A stretch of 64,000 nucleotides of DNA from Histomonas meleagridis 2922-C6/04-290x (GCA_020184695.1 JAANOX010000243.1:558001-622000); one strand, 5' to 3'; shown: positions 22,036 to 33,664, numbered from the stretch's first letter. Translations and numbers: made by a program. Notes: generated by a model from the sequence alone, not told the origin.

Positions 22036-23481
22036 ATGTCTTCGGACCCGAATAATTATTTATCAACAATTGGGCCAACAGATCAACTTATTTTAACACG
22101 ACTAACAAATATGCCCGGACTACCTGAAGGCATTCAAAAAAAAGTATTAATTTTTAAACAAAATTTTTTTGATTCTTTAAAACAAATTTCTAATCAAAAA
22201 CGTCAACTTGAACAACTAATCACATCATACAGAAACACAAGTAGTACATGTACTGTTCATAAGAACCAAATTCAAAAGCTTCAATATCAATTAGATAAAG
22301 TTTCTCAAGAAATCGAAGATACCAAATATAATTCAGCTGATGCCCTACAAATGCAAGATAAAATTGAGGAAAAACAAAAAGCTCTTAATCAACTTAATCG
22401 TCATTATGAGGAAACATTATCCCAAAAAGAAAAAGCCAAATACCAAAGAAAAACCATAAAGCAACAAATAGAACGAGCAGAATCAAATAAGGTTCAGCTT
22501 AGTCAAGCTCTTCAAATCCAATGGGAAAAACATTCAAATCTTACCAAAATCCTTCGCGATTACGATGATAAAGTTCAACAACTTCAAAATTCTAATGACG
22601 ACATACAAAAATCCATAACATCAATAGAAACAAAAGCCGAAAACTGGAGATTAAATCAGACCAATCAAGAGCAACAAATCGAGCAACGAATTGAAACAAT
22701 GCGCCAACAAATCGCTGAAATCGAAATTGAAATCGACAAACTTTCTAAAGAAAGTTCCGAAACCATTGAAAATTATCAGCAGCAAATTTCGAATCACAAT
22801 CAAGAAATCGAGAAAAACAGTGATGCAATCAAAGACCAAGTCAAAGAGATCGGAAGTTTAGAAGCTAAAATCGAACATATTGTTGAAGAATCTCAAGAAT
22901 TCAAAACTAACACCGAAACATATAAAAAGAAAATTGATGAACAAAAACAAGTTTTATGTAATTTAATGACTGAACTTGCTGAAAGAATGGCGTTACCTGA
23001 AACGCAAACCAAAGAGATTTCAATTTTAGAAGCGAAGAACAACGAACTTAAGTCACAACGCGACAACTTGAAAAATCTTGTTAAGAAATCGACTGAACAA
23101 GTCGAAGTACTTATTGATAAATTATCACGACTGCGAATCATTAAATTCGATCCTTCGGCGCAAGAAATTGTCATACAAGAAAAACTTTTGAAAAATTCCG
23201 CTTTAAAGGTAAAGGAAATTATGAGTTCGCTGCTGAAGTTGGTGACGTGCGGCGCGTGTAATGAAATCCTCGATGTGCCCGTGACATTAGTTCCATGCGG
23301 ACATAGCGTGTGTTACCATCATAGATATCAACAGATGGAAGGGCCTTTGTGCCCGATTTGTGGAGAAAGAGCTGCGAGAGTTTTCGTGGATAATACTTTG
23401 GCAATTGTTGTTTCGAAAATTATTTACGTTAGAGACGCAATTGACCAAATTTGCAAATCGAAAGAACAGATTTTTGTATAA
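22036..23481 (+). CDS. Long coiled-coil protein with C-terminal RING finger (putative E3 ligase)
   Basis: Heptad-rich Q/E/K region, then CGAC..PVTLVPCGHSVCYHH..CPIC. The ORF-track start is TTG; the first ATG is at 22036. Confidence 0.8.
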   Translation: MSSDPNNYLSTIGPTDQLILTRLTNMPGLPEGIQKKVLIFKQNFFDSLKQISNQKRQLEQLITSYRNTSSTCTVHKNQIQKLQYQLDKVSQEIEDTKYNSADALQMQDKIEEKQKALNQLNRHYEETLSQKEKAKYQRKTIKQQIERAESNKVQLSQALQIQWEKHSNLTKILRDYDDKVQQLQNSNDDIQKSITSIETKAENWRLNQTNQEQQIEQRIETMRQQIAEIEIEIDKLSKESSETIENYQQQISNHNQEIEKNSDAIKDQVKEIGSLEAKIEHIVEESQEFKTNTETYKKKIDEQKQVLCNLMTELAERMALPETQTKEISILEAKNNELKSQRDNLKNLVKKSTEQVEVLIDKLSRLRIIKFDPSAQEIVIQEKLLKNSALKVKEIMSSLLKLVTCGACNEILDVPVTLVPCGHSVCYHHRYQQMEGPLCPICGERAARVFVDNTLAIVVSKIIYVRDAIDQICKSKEQIFV

Positions 23482-23864
23482 TAAATTGTTTTTATCGGTA
23501 TTATTATAGTAAATGAAATAAATTTTTTTTATAAAAATTTATTATTTGAATTTCATATTTTAATAAAAAAAAATATTAATATAAAAGTATTTTAGACATT
23601 ATTATTGAAGAAATGTTTATTGGAACCAATAAAAAATAAAAAAAAATTTATATTAAAAAATGATGATAGTATCAAATGTAAATTTTAGAGGGAGCTTGAA
23701 AACATATGTAATATTTTTGTGACAGCATGATTTAACTGTAGTGATACAGCTTTTGATTTTGAATTTTTCAATGTTGATATCACAACCAAATTTTACATCA
23801 ATTTGACAAGAGATTCAATTTTATGTGCTTTACATTTTAAATTGAAATATAAAAATAAATTTAG

Positions 23865-26681
23865 ATGGGAACAATCCCACAAGCCAAATATCTATGTCTG
23901 CAACATATAATCGATTTGAAAATACTTGGCGAAGCTATTGAAACACTTTCAGTACCAACTGTTAATGAAAATGTTTTATTTTCAATAATTAGAGAATGGA
24001 ACGAATATTTGGGAATTTCCAATGCTCCCGTTTTTAACACCAAAGAGGGAGCAATTACAGCATTTCAGCTTGTCGGGATGTGCTATTTAAATCCAGATTT
24101 TCGTCAAGAGTTAATTGATAATGTTATCTTTTATGAAACTATTTTACAGAAAAGTTTTATTGCTAAAAGCAAACAAGTGGAAAGCTTCTTTCGTTTACAG
24201 ATGGCTCAGCACATGTCATTAGCATTTGAAAAAGAAGTTGTTCAAAACGATTTTAAAAACGAGAAGAATGCAACATCTCGTTTGACTCTTTTCCTTTTTG
24301 TTTCAGACAATCTCAGAGTTGCTATTCAACCACAAGGGAACAAATGTTTTGATTCTCATTCATGGAGTCAAGCTTTTGCTATTCCATTTGGCATTTTTGA
24401 TTACCTTATATCAGTTAATTTTTACAAAGATCTTGAAGGTTATAACCCATCATTTGAAGATCGTATCAAAGAATGTGCACAAAAATTAATTGATTTACTT
24501 GTTGATATTGACACTCATAGTCATGGCCAATGGCACAAACACAAACACATATGGATAAAATGGTCCAAACATCCTGTTTTCTTTGATATTTGGTGTAATT
24601 TATTTGAAGCAAAATCAACCGAAATGGTTGAACGTTTATGCAGCCAAACGGTCACCGATGAACTTTTTGACCACATCCGACTTCTATCGGTTATCATCGA
24701 CTTTTCACAAGCTGTCGAAAGCATTGGCAAATATGCATCCAGTCGATATGCCAAATTTGTAGATAAATATAATGACTCTTTACATAAGAAATGTTATGCA
24801 CAAGCAAAACTTTTCATTCCCAAATTTCCAGTTTATCATATTTCTGATTTCATATTAGAAAAGGCTCTTTGTTTACTTGAAGGGTATCAAGATAATACCC
24901 TCTTATCTGCAACAATAATACTTTTTAATTTATCGAGCTTTGGACCATCAGAGCGTATCTTAGTACCATATATCACACGAAAACTTATAAATTTCTCACT
25001 CAAAGCACTTGACAAACTTTCGTACATTGAAAAACTTAAGTTTTTATCCACTACTTTCTTTTTATCTTTTATTAAAAGTACACCAGATGCATTCCAAATC
25101 ATTCCTAAGACAGTTGGATACTTCGAGCCACCAAAAGTAGAACTTACAGAACCACCACCAAAAGAAATATTTTCTAGAATTTTGACATTTTCATCATTTC
25201 AACATTTCACACTTCCATCAAAAGTTATAACAGCACTTGAAAAAGCTGCAGATAACTCGTTTGCTTCTTTAGCTTCTTTATGGATATTAATGGCTTATGG
25301 AGATTCCTCTTCATTTCCGATATTTAACAAGATTTTATTGGGAATAGACTTTGATGATCCTAAAAACGAGGATTTTGTTCAATCAATTTTTAAGATGATA
25401 ATAGCTGTCCCTTATACATTACTATCTAATCCATCCAAGCTTTTATCAAACCGAAGTATTGAAAAGTTTACAGACTCAATTCCAAGCTTTAATTCAGAAA
25501 CTCTGTTTTATTTCCTCGTTGCTATGATTGAGATAATTCCCACTTTTCAAAGCGTATCGGGAATGAACAAAATTTGGCTCAATTTTGAAAAGGCCACACA
25601 AATTCCTGAGATGCTTTCAATTTTGAGGCAATGTAAATCACCTCGAATTCGAGTGACTTTACCTCAAGCGCCGAATTTTGGGACAAAAGAAGAAATATTT
25701 TCATACAAAAACAGAATATACTCCATCTATGATTCTAAAAAGACGCCGTTTAGCTGCGTCGTGTTGGTGCGTGATAAATATGGCGCATCTTTGCTCCAGT
25801 TAAACGAATTACATCTGAACAAAGGCATTGAATATCCGCAACTGCCAAAAATTCAGAGGGAACCGAAAAACGAAGTCAAACAAAGAACTTTTTCACAGGG
25901 AGAACAACCGCCAGAACCGTCGCTCAAAGTTGAGCTTCCACCAAAGGTAAATGAAGATGTCATTGAAAGCGAAATAACACTGCCACCATATGGCCAAACA
26001 GAAAGGAAAAGATCGGTTCTTTTTGAGGTGATTCGATCACTTAACTTTGTTTCTGATCCAAAGCAAATTCGTATATTTACACCAACTAAGTCACTTGAAG
26101 AAAAGATAGAAAGACTTGACCATTCATACCCGGTTCCTATTGTTTATATTCCAGTATATTACATTGATCAATCGACAACATCATATCCATATTCTTGGGA
26201 AAATGAAATAGTGTCAATGTTTTTGCTATTGTTCTCCAAGAAGCAAAAGCCTCATGTCTTTATGTGCTCACTCCAATCAGTGCGCTTGGCCTTTGTTCCC
26301 TACAATTACAAAAGGGTGGACCCAAAAACCGCTCCTGTATCGTTCATATTGAATATGACCGGATTTGAATTGTCAGAAAAAGTTGCAAAAGACATTCAAT
26401 CACCGACGGTTATTTCAGTTAGGCCTATTCAAAAAGATTGTTTCTTTGTGAGGAGCGAAACGAAAACAAACGATGATTTTGCTTCTATATTCCAAAAAGG
26501 AATAATGGTAGCGTCTGCTTACTTGAAAGGACATATTGTATACTTAATTATGTGCGAATTGTTGAAACAAGGGCCGACACTGTTTGCTAAGGGAATCGAA
26601 CAACGGAAAGAAAAAATCGCAAAAATAATATCGAGTACAGAAACAGTATCAGCCCTGCAGTATATGCTGAATGCAAAATAA
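23865..26681 (+). CDS. Large hypothetical protein with divergent RapGAP/tuberin-like C-terminal domain
   Basis: 938-aa ORF with ATG start. IERLDHSYPVPIVYIPVYYI weakly resembles the LD....R..hKIgVlYV entry of Rap/RalGAP domains. Confidence 0.45.
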   Translation: MGTIPQAKYLCLQHIIDLKILGEAIETLSVPTVNENVLFSIIREWNEYLGISNAPVFNTKEGAITAFQLVGMCYLNPDFRQELIDNVIFYETILQKSFIAKSKQVESFFRLQMAQHMSLAFEKEVVQNDFKNEKNATSRLTLFLFVSDNLRVAIQPQGNKCFDSHSWSQAFAIPFGIFDYLISVNFYKDLEGYNPSFEDRIKECAQKLIDLLVDIDTHSHGQWHKHKHIWIKWSKHPVFFDIWCNLFEAKSTEMVERLCSQTVTDELFDHIRLLSVIIDFSQAVESIGKYASSRYAKFVDKYNDSLHKKCYAQAKLFIPKFPVYHISDFILEKALCLLEGYQDNTLLSATIILFNLSSFGPSERILVPYITRKLINFSLKALDKLSYIEKLKFLSTTFFLSFIKSTPDAFQIIPKTVGYFEPPKVELTEPPPKEIFSRILTFSSFQHFTLPSKVITALEKAADNSFASLASLWILMAYGDSSSFPIFNKILLGIDFDDPKNEDFVQSIFKMIIAVPYTLLSNPSKLLSNRSIEKFTDSIPSFNSETLFYFLVAMIEIIPTFQSVSGMNKIWLNFEKATQIPEMLSILRQCKSPRIRVTLPQAPNFGTKEEIFSYKNRIYSIYDSKKTPFSCVVLVRDKYGASLLQLNELHLNKGIEYPQLPKIQREPKNEVKQRTFSQGEQPPEPSLKVELPPKVNEDVIESEITLPPYGQTERKRSVLFEVIRSLNFVSDPKQIRIFTPTKSLEEKIERLDHSYPVPIVYIPVYYIDQSTTSYPYSWENEIVSMFLLLFSKKQKPHVFMCSLQSVRLAFVPYNYKRVDPKTAPVSFILNMTGFELSEKVAKDIQSPTVISVRPIQKDCFFVRSETKTNDDFASIFQKGIMVASAYLKGHIVYLIMCELLKQGPTLFAKGIEQRKEKIAKIISSTETVSALQYMLNAK

Positions 26682-27108
26682 AGAATTTGTAATGCAACAA
26701 AATAAAACAATATTTGGATGAAATAATTTTTATTTTTCTTTGAGTAATAAAAAATGGAATAAATTGACGTGTTTGAGAATAATTTTTGAAATTTATGAAA
26801 ATTCAATTTGAGTCAATTAAAATCAGAAATTTGTTATTGGCAACCAAAAACACAATTCAAGTCAGTGCATTATTTATATCTTCCAACATAGTTCAAGAAA
26901 CTCTATTTTCATGAAATTTTTTTTGGCAAATTCAATTTTCATTCAAATAAATTATATTTGAGAGGAATTAGACGCCAAATTGAACAAAATATTTGAGAAC
27001 AAAAGAAGCAAATTAAGCATAAAATTTTATTATCATTACCATTTCCGTTATTTTCTGTATCTGTTTCGATTTCCTGAACATTACAAATCAACACATTTTA
27101 AAATATAT

Positions 27109-28266
27109 CTATTTGTAATCACTAAGCATGGAAAGTAAGTCATCCTGTAGGTGAACAACGCCCATAGCCTGTCCAATGTTGACCAAAAATAGCTGTGGTG
27201 GATCCTTTGTGGGATATCCCAAAAATGCGACTAATTCCCTTTTCTCTGGAACATAGCAAACTGAAAAGGAATGAATTCTAGGCACCATAAAGATACCAAT
27301 ATCGTTCACCTTTCCATCATTGACTGTAACAGATTCTCCATCTGGTAATATATAAAATAGAAACCACCACATCTTCTTTGTGTTACATCCATACATCAAA
27401 GTATATTCGTTTTTGGCCTTACCGCCAAAGTAAATTAGGTAATTTTCGATTTTGACCATTCCAGCGCCCATCACATTACTGGGTGGCTCTGAGCCAATTG
27501 TTTGTCTAACATTCACAGTGTTGTTATCAAAGTCTATTTCGATCATTCCTCCACTTTTTGATCCTCCATAACTATATAATTTATTACCGATTATAGCTGA
27601 TGGAACCGCTGTTCTTCCACCTGCTCCTTGTGGGTATTGGGTCCATGTCATATTCGAAAAATCGAGCACATTGAGCTCGTTGGGCCAGTTGCCATTAAAA
27701 CCGCCCCACACATAGAATTTGTTGTTGTAAATGGCGGTTATTGGGGTGGACCGTGGAGTTGGCGGTTGTCCTTTTGTTACAACAAGTTGAACTTCTCCTG
27801 TGTTTATATCTATTGTGTGTAAATCTCCAAAATAATTTGGTTCTGAATAGCCACCAAAGATAACTAAATGTGTCCCAATTAAACATGACCTTGATCCTAT
27901 TCTACCGCTTAATTTGAGGCCTGTAAGTTTAATTTCTCGCCATTTACGTGTGAACGTATCTAATGCCCATAGATCAAAAAGTGGTTCGTGCTTTCCTGAT
28001 AAACCATAACCAATATATGCAGTATGTGAATAATTATCATAAACATAAAAATTACCTGTACGTGAACAAGGGCCACTAGAATCCGGAGTCGTAACAGACC
28101 AGATACCTTCAAATGCTGATTTGACTATTTTTTTGTTATAAACATTTTGACATTTCGAAATGGGTGAGGCACCTGTTGTAGGTAATACAGTTTCATCTTC
28201 CAATTGAATGTAGTCAGGGTTTGGTAAAAAATTCATTTGAGGCGTTACACTGGGTTGGAGTCCCAT
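27109..28266 (-). CDS. Kelch-repeat protein with putative N-myristoylation site
   Basis: Repeated GG motifs (LVIFGGYS, FYVWGGFN, LYSYGG, LIYFGG); MGLQPS start (G2, S6). Confidence 0.85.
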   Translation of the reverse strand: MGLQPSVTPQMNFLPNPDYIQLEDETVLPTTGASPISKCQNVYNKKIVKSAFEGIWSVTTPDSSGPCSRTGNFYVYDNYSHTAYIGYGLSGKHEPLFDLWALDTFTRKWREIKLTGLKLSGRIGSRSCLIGTHLVIFGGYSEPNYFGDLHTIDINTGEVQLVVTKGQPPTPRSTPITAIYNNKFYVWGGFNGNWPNELNVLDFSNMTWTQYPQGAGGRTAVPSAIIGNKLYSYGGSKSGGMIEIDFDNNTVNVRQTIGSEPPSNVMGAGMVKIENYLIYFGGKAKNEYTLMYGCNTKKMWWFLFYILPDGESVTVNDGKVNDIGIFMVPRIHSFSVCYVPEKRELVAFLGYPTKDPPQLFLVNIGQAMGVVHLQDDLLSMLSDYK

Positions 28267-29559
28267 TCGACTAAACGTAAAGTGTCAGAGAGTCCAAATT
28301 GGAGTTCCTATCGGAAACGTTTATGTCAATTATGGCTCTCAATTATTCGAGTTTTGATATAAACCCCAAAAAAACTCTGATCGAAATCAATTCAATTTCC
28401 ATGATGATTCTGTAGAGAAGCAAAATTAAAGTAGAAAACATCATTGATTTAAGATAACTATATGATATTTTTTTGAAATAAATTTTGGTTTTTAGGATTT
28501 GCTCATTTTTAGTAAAGTTAACATTAAGATAGAATGTTTTTTAATCGAGAAAAAATCATTTCTATCCAGCATAAAATTTTGTACGTTAAGAGTTATCAAT
28601 TTTTCTATGGTATATTATAGAATTGAATGAAATTGTGTTTTTCTGAGTGGTTAATCGCAAGAACGCTCGTAATTGAACTGATAATGTAACCCCAATTTTT
28701 TTGATAATAATATTGCGCTATCAAATATATTTTCAAATGTAATATCGAGATTCGTTATTAATTTTATGAATGCTTTCAAGTATAATATTCATTGCATTTA
28801 AGAATTGATTACTACAATAGTTTGGGAATTGCGGCTTAAGTTCAGTAACAATATAGTGTAATTACTTCAGAATTGTATTATTACATAATTGCGATAGATT
28901 TATGTCACCAGGTTTAAATCTTAAATTTAGTGAATCTTACATCAGAATTTTAATTCTTTTACCATAAGAATTTTAGTGTTTAAAATATTTTAATTTCTTT
29001 TCATTTATAAAATACAATATTCATCAACCACAAGACAAAAAACTGGTAGGTGTGGAAATAGTTATTAAATATCTTTTGCATAAATTCTATTGAATATTTA
29101 CTCTTCACAGTATCAAAAAATAACCAAAAATAAAAATAAACAGCAAATCATAATTTAGTGAAAGTTTTTACCAATGGAAAAGTAAAATAAAATTAACAAG
29201 AAAGACAGAAGAATTAGGAATATCTTAGTGCAATAAGTTCAACTATTTTTAACATTTTGTTCTTTGATATAAATTTTCTTATTCAACTTATTAAGTCAAA
29301 CGTATAATTATGAAAAAACGAAAAATAAAAAAATAAAAATACACAGTATATACTTTATACACACGAATTTATATGATGCTGATTTGTCCTTAGATTTGTG
29401 CAACGACTTTAGCTTGATGAAACAAATCAAATTCGAAATCATGATAAATCAACCAACTCTAACGGGAGGCCTAAGATCATAAACCTTGACTTTCCAATGC
29501 CAGTGAACTGCTTCAACAATTTTATTTGTATCAAATTCAAATAAATTTTTTCAATTTGA

Positions 29560-30294
29560 TTATCTCCGAATATTCCGTCTATGAAGCGATGCATCCGCTG
29601 CCGAGTCAAGGCGGTCCATTCCTTGTCTTAATTTTCTCAGATTTGATACAATATCATCTCTTTTCATTTTGCGGTTTTCTTCAACTTTGGCCTTTGTAAC
29701 AATCCTTTTCTTCATCTGTGACTTTCTAGTTTCGTCTTCTTCAAGTTTAATGATACGATCAAATTCAATTTCAGCGATTGTGAGAATATTTGTATCATTT
29801 GTGTTAGCTTTTTTTGGTTTTATAGTGTCCTGTTTCTTCGCGATTGCATTTGCTGCTGCTTTTTGTATTCTTTTTTCTGTTTTGCGATTTATCTTGTCTT
29901 GGCGTAATCGTGTTCTTTCTTGTGTTTCTTCGAGTATTTTTTTCCGTGCTAATTGTTTAGCTTTCATATCTCTTACGTTTCTAGTAATGCTGTGTGAAGT
30001 TGCTTTTAATTTTGTTATTTGTGCTTGATGCTCAAACGAAATTATATCATCAACTGAATTGCAAAGCCTTGCTAATGACTTTACAATAACTTCATCAATT
30101 TCCTTGGGTTTAGCATTAGGTCTTGAATCTAATCTTCTTTTACGTGATTGAAAAATAAAATTGTCAACTTTTCGCATGTAAACATTACTAAGCTCGTTTG
30201 TCACAAGTTCAACCTCATCTTCAGGCGACCAGTTTGGCATTTGCGCATCCAATTCGAACATTCTTAAAGCTTTATCTCTTTCATGCCTATCCAT
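29560..30294 (-). CDS. Hypothetical basic coiled-coil protein
   Basis: 244-aa ORF with ATG start and gene-like composition; no family recognised. Confidence 0.65.
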   Translation of the reverse strand: MDRHERDKALRMFELDAQMPNWSPEDEVELVTNELSNVYMRKVDNFIFQSRKRRLDSRPNAKPKEIDEVIVKSLARLCNSVDDIISFEHQAQITKLKATSHSITRNVRDMKAKQLARKKILEETQERTRLRQDKINRKTEKRIQKAAANAIAKKQDTIKPKKANTNDTNILTIAEIEFDRIIKLEEDETRKSQMKKRIVTKAKVEENRKMKRDDIVSNLRKLRQGMDRLDSAADASLHRRNIRR

Positions 30295-30579
30295 GAAAAA
30301 TGTACGTTAACTATTAAAGTAAACGGTTTTACTTCTTCACTGATTTTATACAATTTATTAGAAAACTGATATACAGGCAATTGTTCAAACATTATTATGT
30401 CGTTTTTTTAGGCACTGGAAGATTTTTTAAAAATTATAGGTACACAAACCATATTCATGTAGAATGATTCCGAGCTATAATAACTTTTTCAATGTATACA
30501 TGATGACTAATCACGTACCTAATGATGATACGGCTTCCATAAACACAGGAGATAATAATTTGAATAAATTATCATCCTG

Positions 30580-31500
30580 CTTGAAATTCCTATTGTGCTT
30601 GCGAAAACTATAATCGGTTTAACTGAAGAAAACTTACAGGTGTTAAAAAAGTATTGGAATTATTCGATTCAAATTTTCCAAATTCATTTAATTTTATCAT
30701 AATAAACATAATTTATAATGCATTTTCATCACAAAAGCAAGTATTTGATATTTACATAAATTTTTTAAAGACACTTCAAAAGAAAGAAGAAGAAATTAAT
30801 CAAAATATCGATAAACTAATTCCAATTTTAATCAAACGTATATATACAGCCAATACACAAGAATCAGATTATATAATTAATTAATTAATTAAGAAATTGA
30901 GAAACTAATTGAACAAAATTTAATTGATAAAAATATTACCAAAAATATTCATTCAAAATATTTTTCTCATTATAAACCAAAAGAAGAAAACCCTAAACAA
31001 GCAAATGGAAATGATCCAATAGAAAAATACTTTTTGGATCATTATGAAGAACTTTCGAAGAATGATTGGAAACTTCATAAGAAATATATTAAAGAAGGAA
31101 TCAATCCGAAATGATGAAATGGAAAAACTTCAAGAAATATCATCACAAACAAATTTTGATTTTAATAAAACAATTGAGCCATCACTTTATGAAAGATGCT
31201 CTTTTATTAATCAAGAAAATGTTACACTAATTGATTATGCAGCATTCTTTGGATCAATGAAATGTTTTAAATATTTACTTATGAACAATGCAAATGTAAA
31301 TAACACAGGTAAATATGGAGTTGCAGGTGGAAACTAAGAAATTATTCATTTGTGTGAACAAAATCATTCATCATTTGAAGATACATTTGAAACAACAATT
31401 ATGTTTCATCGAAATGATATCTTTAAATATATTTATGAGAACAAATTAGAAAAAAAGGAACCAAAGCCAAAAAGTATTTTTCATATGATGATGTCAACGA
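30580..31500 (+). pseudogene. Decayed parabasalid ankyrin-family (DUF3447-type) gene
   Basis: TLIDYAAFFGSMKCFKYLL and YGVAGGN*EIIHLCEQ; in-frame TAA at 31335-31337 and several frameshifts. 31110-31440 is highly similar to 60690-61010. Confidence 0.8.
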
Positions 31501-31870
31501 ATTAAGATTCTTAATGAAAATATGATTGATTTTATTTATTTTTATCAAAGTATAAAAACAACACACGCCAACATTACTATGATTATGCTTTTTTAGCATA
31601 AAATTTGAAAAAGGTGTAATTTCTTCATAATTACAATCAAATATCACAAAAACATACTTTTTTATTATAAAATAATTCACAAAAGAAACATGTGAAATTA
31701 AAATCACAAAATATTTCATGATATGTAATTCTTTTAATGAGATATTCATGTTTGAAAAATGCGCACTCAGCCACTTCACCTCATCGGTTAACAACAGTTC
31801 AATTTCCATTCAAAATCCGACCTTTCTTCACTTTTGAAAAGGTTGCTAACCGAAATATCCGATAGTTTGG

Positions 31871-31875
31871 TCACA
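31871..31875 (+). promoter_or_regulatory. Initiator (Inr)-like TCACA upstream of trpB2
   Basis: TCAYW match 10 nt before the ATG; no Shine-Dalgarno-like sequence. Confidence 0.5.
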
Positions 31876-31885
31876 AAAACAAATA

Positions 31886-33274
31886 ATGAGTGCAAAAGAG
31901 ATACCATACAAGATTTTTCTTGAAGAAAATGAAATGCCAAAACAATGGTATAACGTTCGTGCAGATATGAAGAATAAACCAGCACCACTATTAAATCCTG
32001 TAACATTAAAACAAATGACAAGAGAAGAACTCAGTAATGTTTTCTGCACAGAACTTGTAGAACAAGAACTTGATGATACAAATAGATATATTGATATACC
32101 AAAGAAGATACTTGATTTTTACAAAATGTATAGACCTGCTCCTCTCGTTCGTGCGTATTGCCTCGAAGAGAAACTCCAAACGCCAGCAAAGATTTACTAC
32201 AAATTTGAAGGAAATAATACAAGTGGAAGTCATAAACTTAATTCTGCAATTGCTCAAGCCTTTTATGCAAAAGGGCAAGGTCTAAAAGGCATTACTACTG
32301 AAACAGGAGCAGGTCAATGGGGAACTGCATTATCAATGGCATGTGCATATCTTGATCTTGATTGCAAAGTTTTCATGGTCAAATGCTCTTACGAACAAAA
32401 GCCATTCCGTAGGGAAGTCATGCGTACATATGGTGCAAGTGTTACGCCATCACCATCTGAAAACACGAACATTGGTCGTAAGATTTTATCAGAACATCCC
32501 AATACCACTGGTAGCCTTGGGTGTGCAATATCTGAAGCAGTTGAAGTTGCAACGTCCACTGAAGGTTATCGATATGTTCTTGGAAGTGTTTTAAACCAAG
32601 TCCTCCTCCATCAATCCATCATTGGAGTTGAGGCCAAAATTGCAATGGATAAATATGGCATTAAACCAGACATCATCATTGGTTGCGCAGGAGGTGGATC
32701 AAATCTCGGCGGTTTAATTTCCCCTTTCATGGGGGAAAAATTGAGAGGAGTGGCAGACTATCGTTTCATTGCTGTTGAGCCTGCGTCATGCCCGAGCCTC
32801 ACAAGGGGCGTGTTCGCTTACGACTTCTGCGACACGGGGAATGTTTGCCCACTTGCAAAGATGTATACACTTGGAAGTGGGTTCATACCATCAGCAAATC
32901 ATGCAGGCGGTTTAAGATATCACGGAATGAGCCCAGTAATCTCACAGTTGTACCACGACGGATACATAGAAGCAGTAGCCGTGGAACAAACTTCAGTATT
33001 TAAGGCTGCTCAACAATTCGCACGTGTTGAAGGGATTTTACCGGCGCCGGAGAGTAGCCACGCAATAAAGATTGCAATAGATGAGGCTTTGAAGTGCAAA
33101 GAAACAGGAGAAGATAAAACAATTTTATTTGGCTTAACAGGAACAGGATATTTCGATATGGTAGCATATGAAAAATTTAACAATGGCGAAATGACTGATT
33201 ACATACCATCTGATGATGATCTAAAGCGAGGGTTCGACGGAATTCCAAAAATCCCTGGAAATATGAATGAATAA
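31886..33274 (+). CDS. trpB2: TrpB2 (TrpB-like PLP enzyme; tryptophan synthase beta chain type 2), bacterial-type
   Basis: Type-2 N-terminal extension (MPKQWYNVRAD..PAPLLNP), PLP lysine motif SGSHKLN, TETGAGQWG, GCAGGGSN, HAGGLRYHG, APESSHA. Intronless, with no trpA neighbour. Confidence 0.93.
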   Translation: MSAKEIPYKIFLEENEMPKQWYNVRADMKNKPAPLLNPVTLKQMTREELSNVFCTELVEQELDDTNRYIDIPKKILDFYKMYRPAPLVRAYCLEEKLQTPAKIYYKFEGNNTSGSHKLNSAIAQAFYAKGQGLKGITTETGAGQWGTALSMACAYLDLDCKVFMVKCSYEQKPFRREVMRTYGASVTPSPSENTNIGRKILSEHPNTTGSLGCAISEAVEVATSTEGYRYVLGSVLNQVLLHQSIIGVEAKIAMDKYGIKPDIIIGCAGGGSNLGGLISPFMGEKLRGVADYRFIAVEPASCPSLTRGVFAYDFCDTGNVCPLAKMYTLGSGFIPSANHAGGLRYHGMSPVISQLYHDGYIEAVAVEQTSVFKAAQQFARVEGILPAPESSHAIKIAIDEALKCKETGEDKTILFGLTGTGYFDMVAYEKFNNGEMTDYIPSDDDLKRGFDGIPKIPGNMNE

Positions 33275-33664
33275 AGTCAAATAAATATAGAGTTGATTTT
33301 CTCAAGGATGGATAAAGTTTAATTTCATCAAATCGAAGAAAAGAAATGTCATTTGTGAAGCTATGGTATTTTTTGGATCTGTAGGCATTTAAGGAATTAT
33401 AAATTAATGAGTACAGCAGAAAAGATGGAAGGTTTTTCACATTTGCCAATCGTTAAATAAACGTATTCGACGGTTTATTGATACAAAAAGTTATTCTTTT
33501 ATTTGTTTTTTTATTCTTTCCAGTGATTTCCATAAATTTAATTATATCCAAAGATAAATAAAATCATAGATGCTTTAAACAATTAATTTTAAATATAAAA
33601 TCAAAAAAAGTAGAGATCTACTTTGGGAATTCCTAAATGAAGCTAAATCTTGAAATTACATTTT

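Noticed and set aside
29375-29520. GC-richer intergenic stretch with GGCCTAAGATC, reminiscent of U2 snRNA
   Set aside because: Lacks the GTGTAGTA branch-pairing sequence and an Sm site.
30490-30585. Two TGATGA box-C-like words suggesting a C/D snoRNA
   Set aside because: No terminal CTGA box D or terminal stem; more likely the 5-prime end of the ankyrin relic.
31423-31809. 128-aa minus-strand ORF upstream of trpB2 as a co-transferred bacterial gene
   Set aside because: No recognisable family; it is mostly AT-rich intergenic translation overlapping the ankyrin relic.
31886-33274. Bacterial contaminant contig or assembly chimera as the whole explanation for trpB2
   Set aside because: Only one bacterial-type gene, with no operon neighbours or SD, and host-type ankyrin relics and an Inr on its flanks. 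It is not fully excluded without read data.
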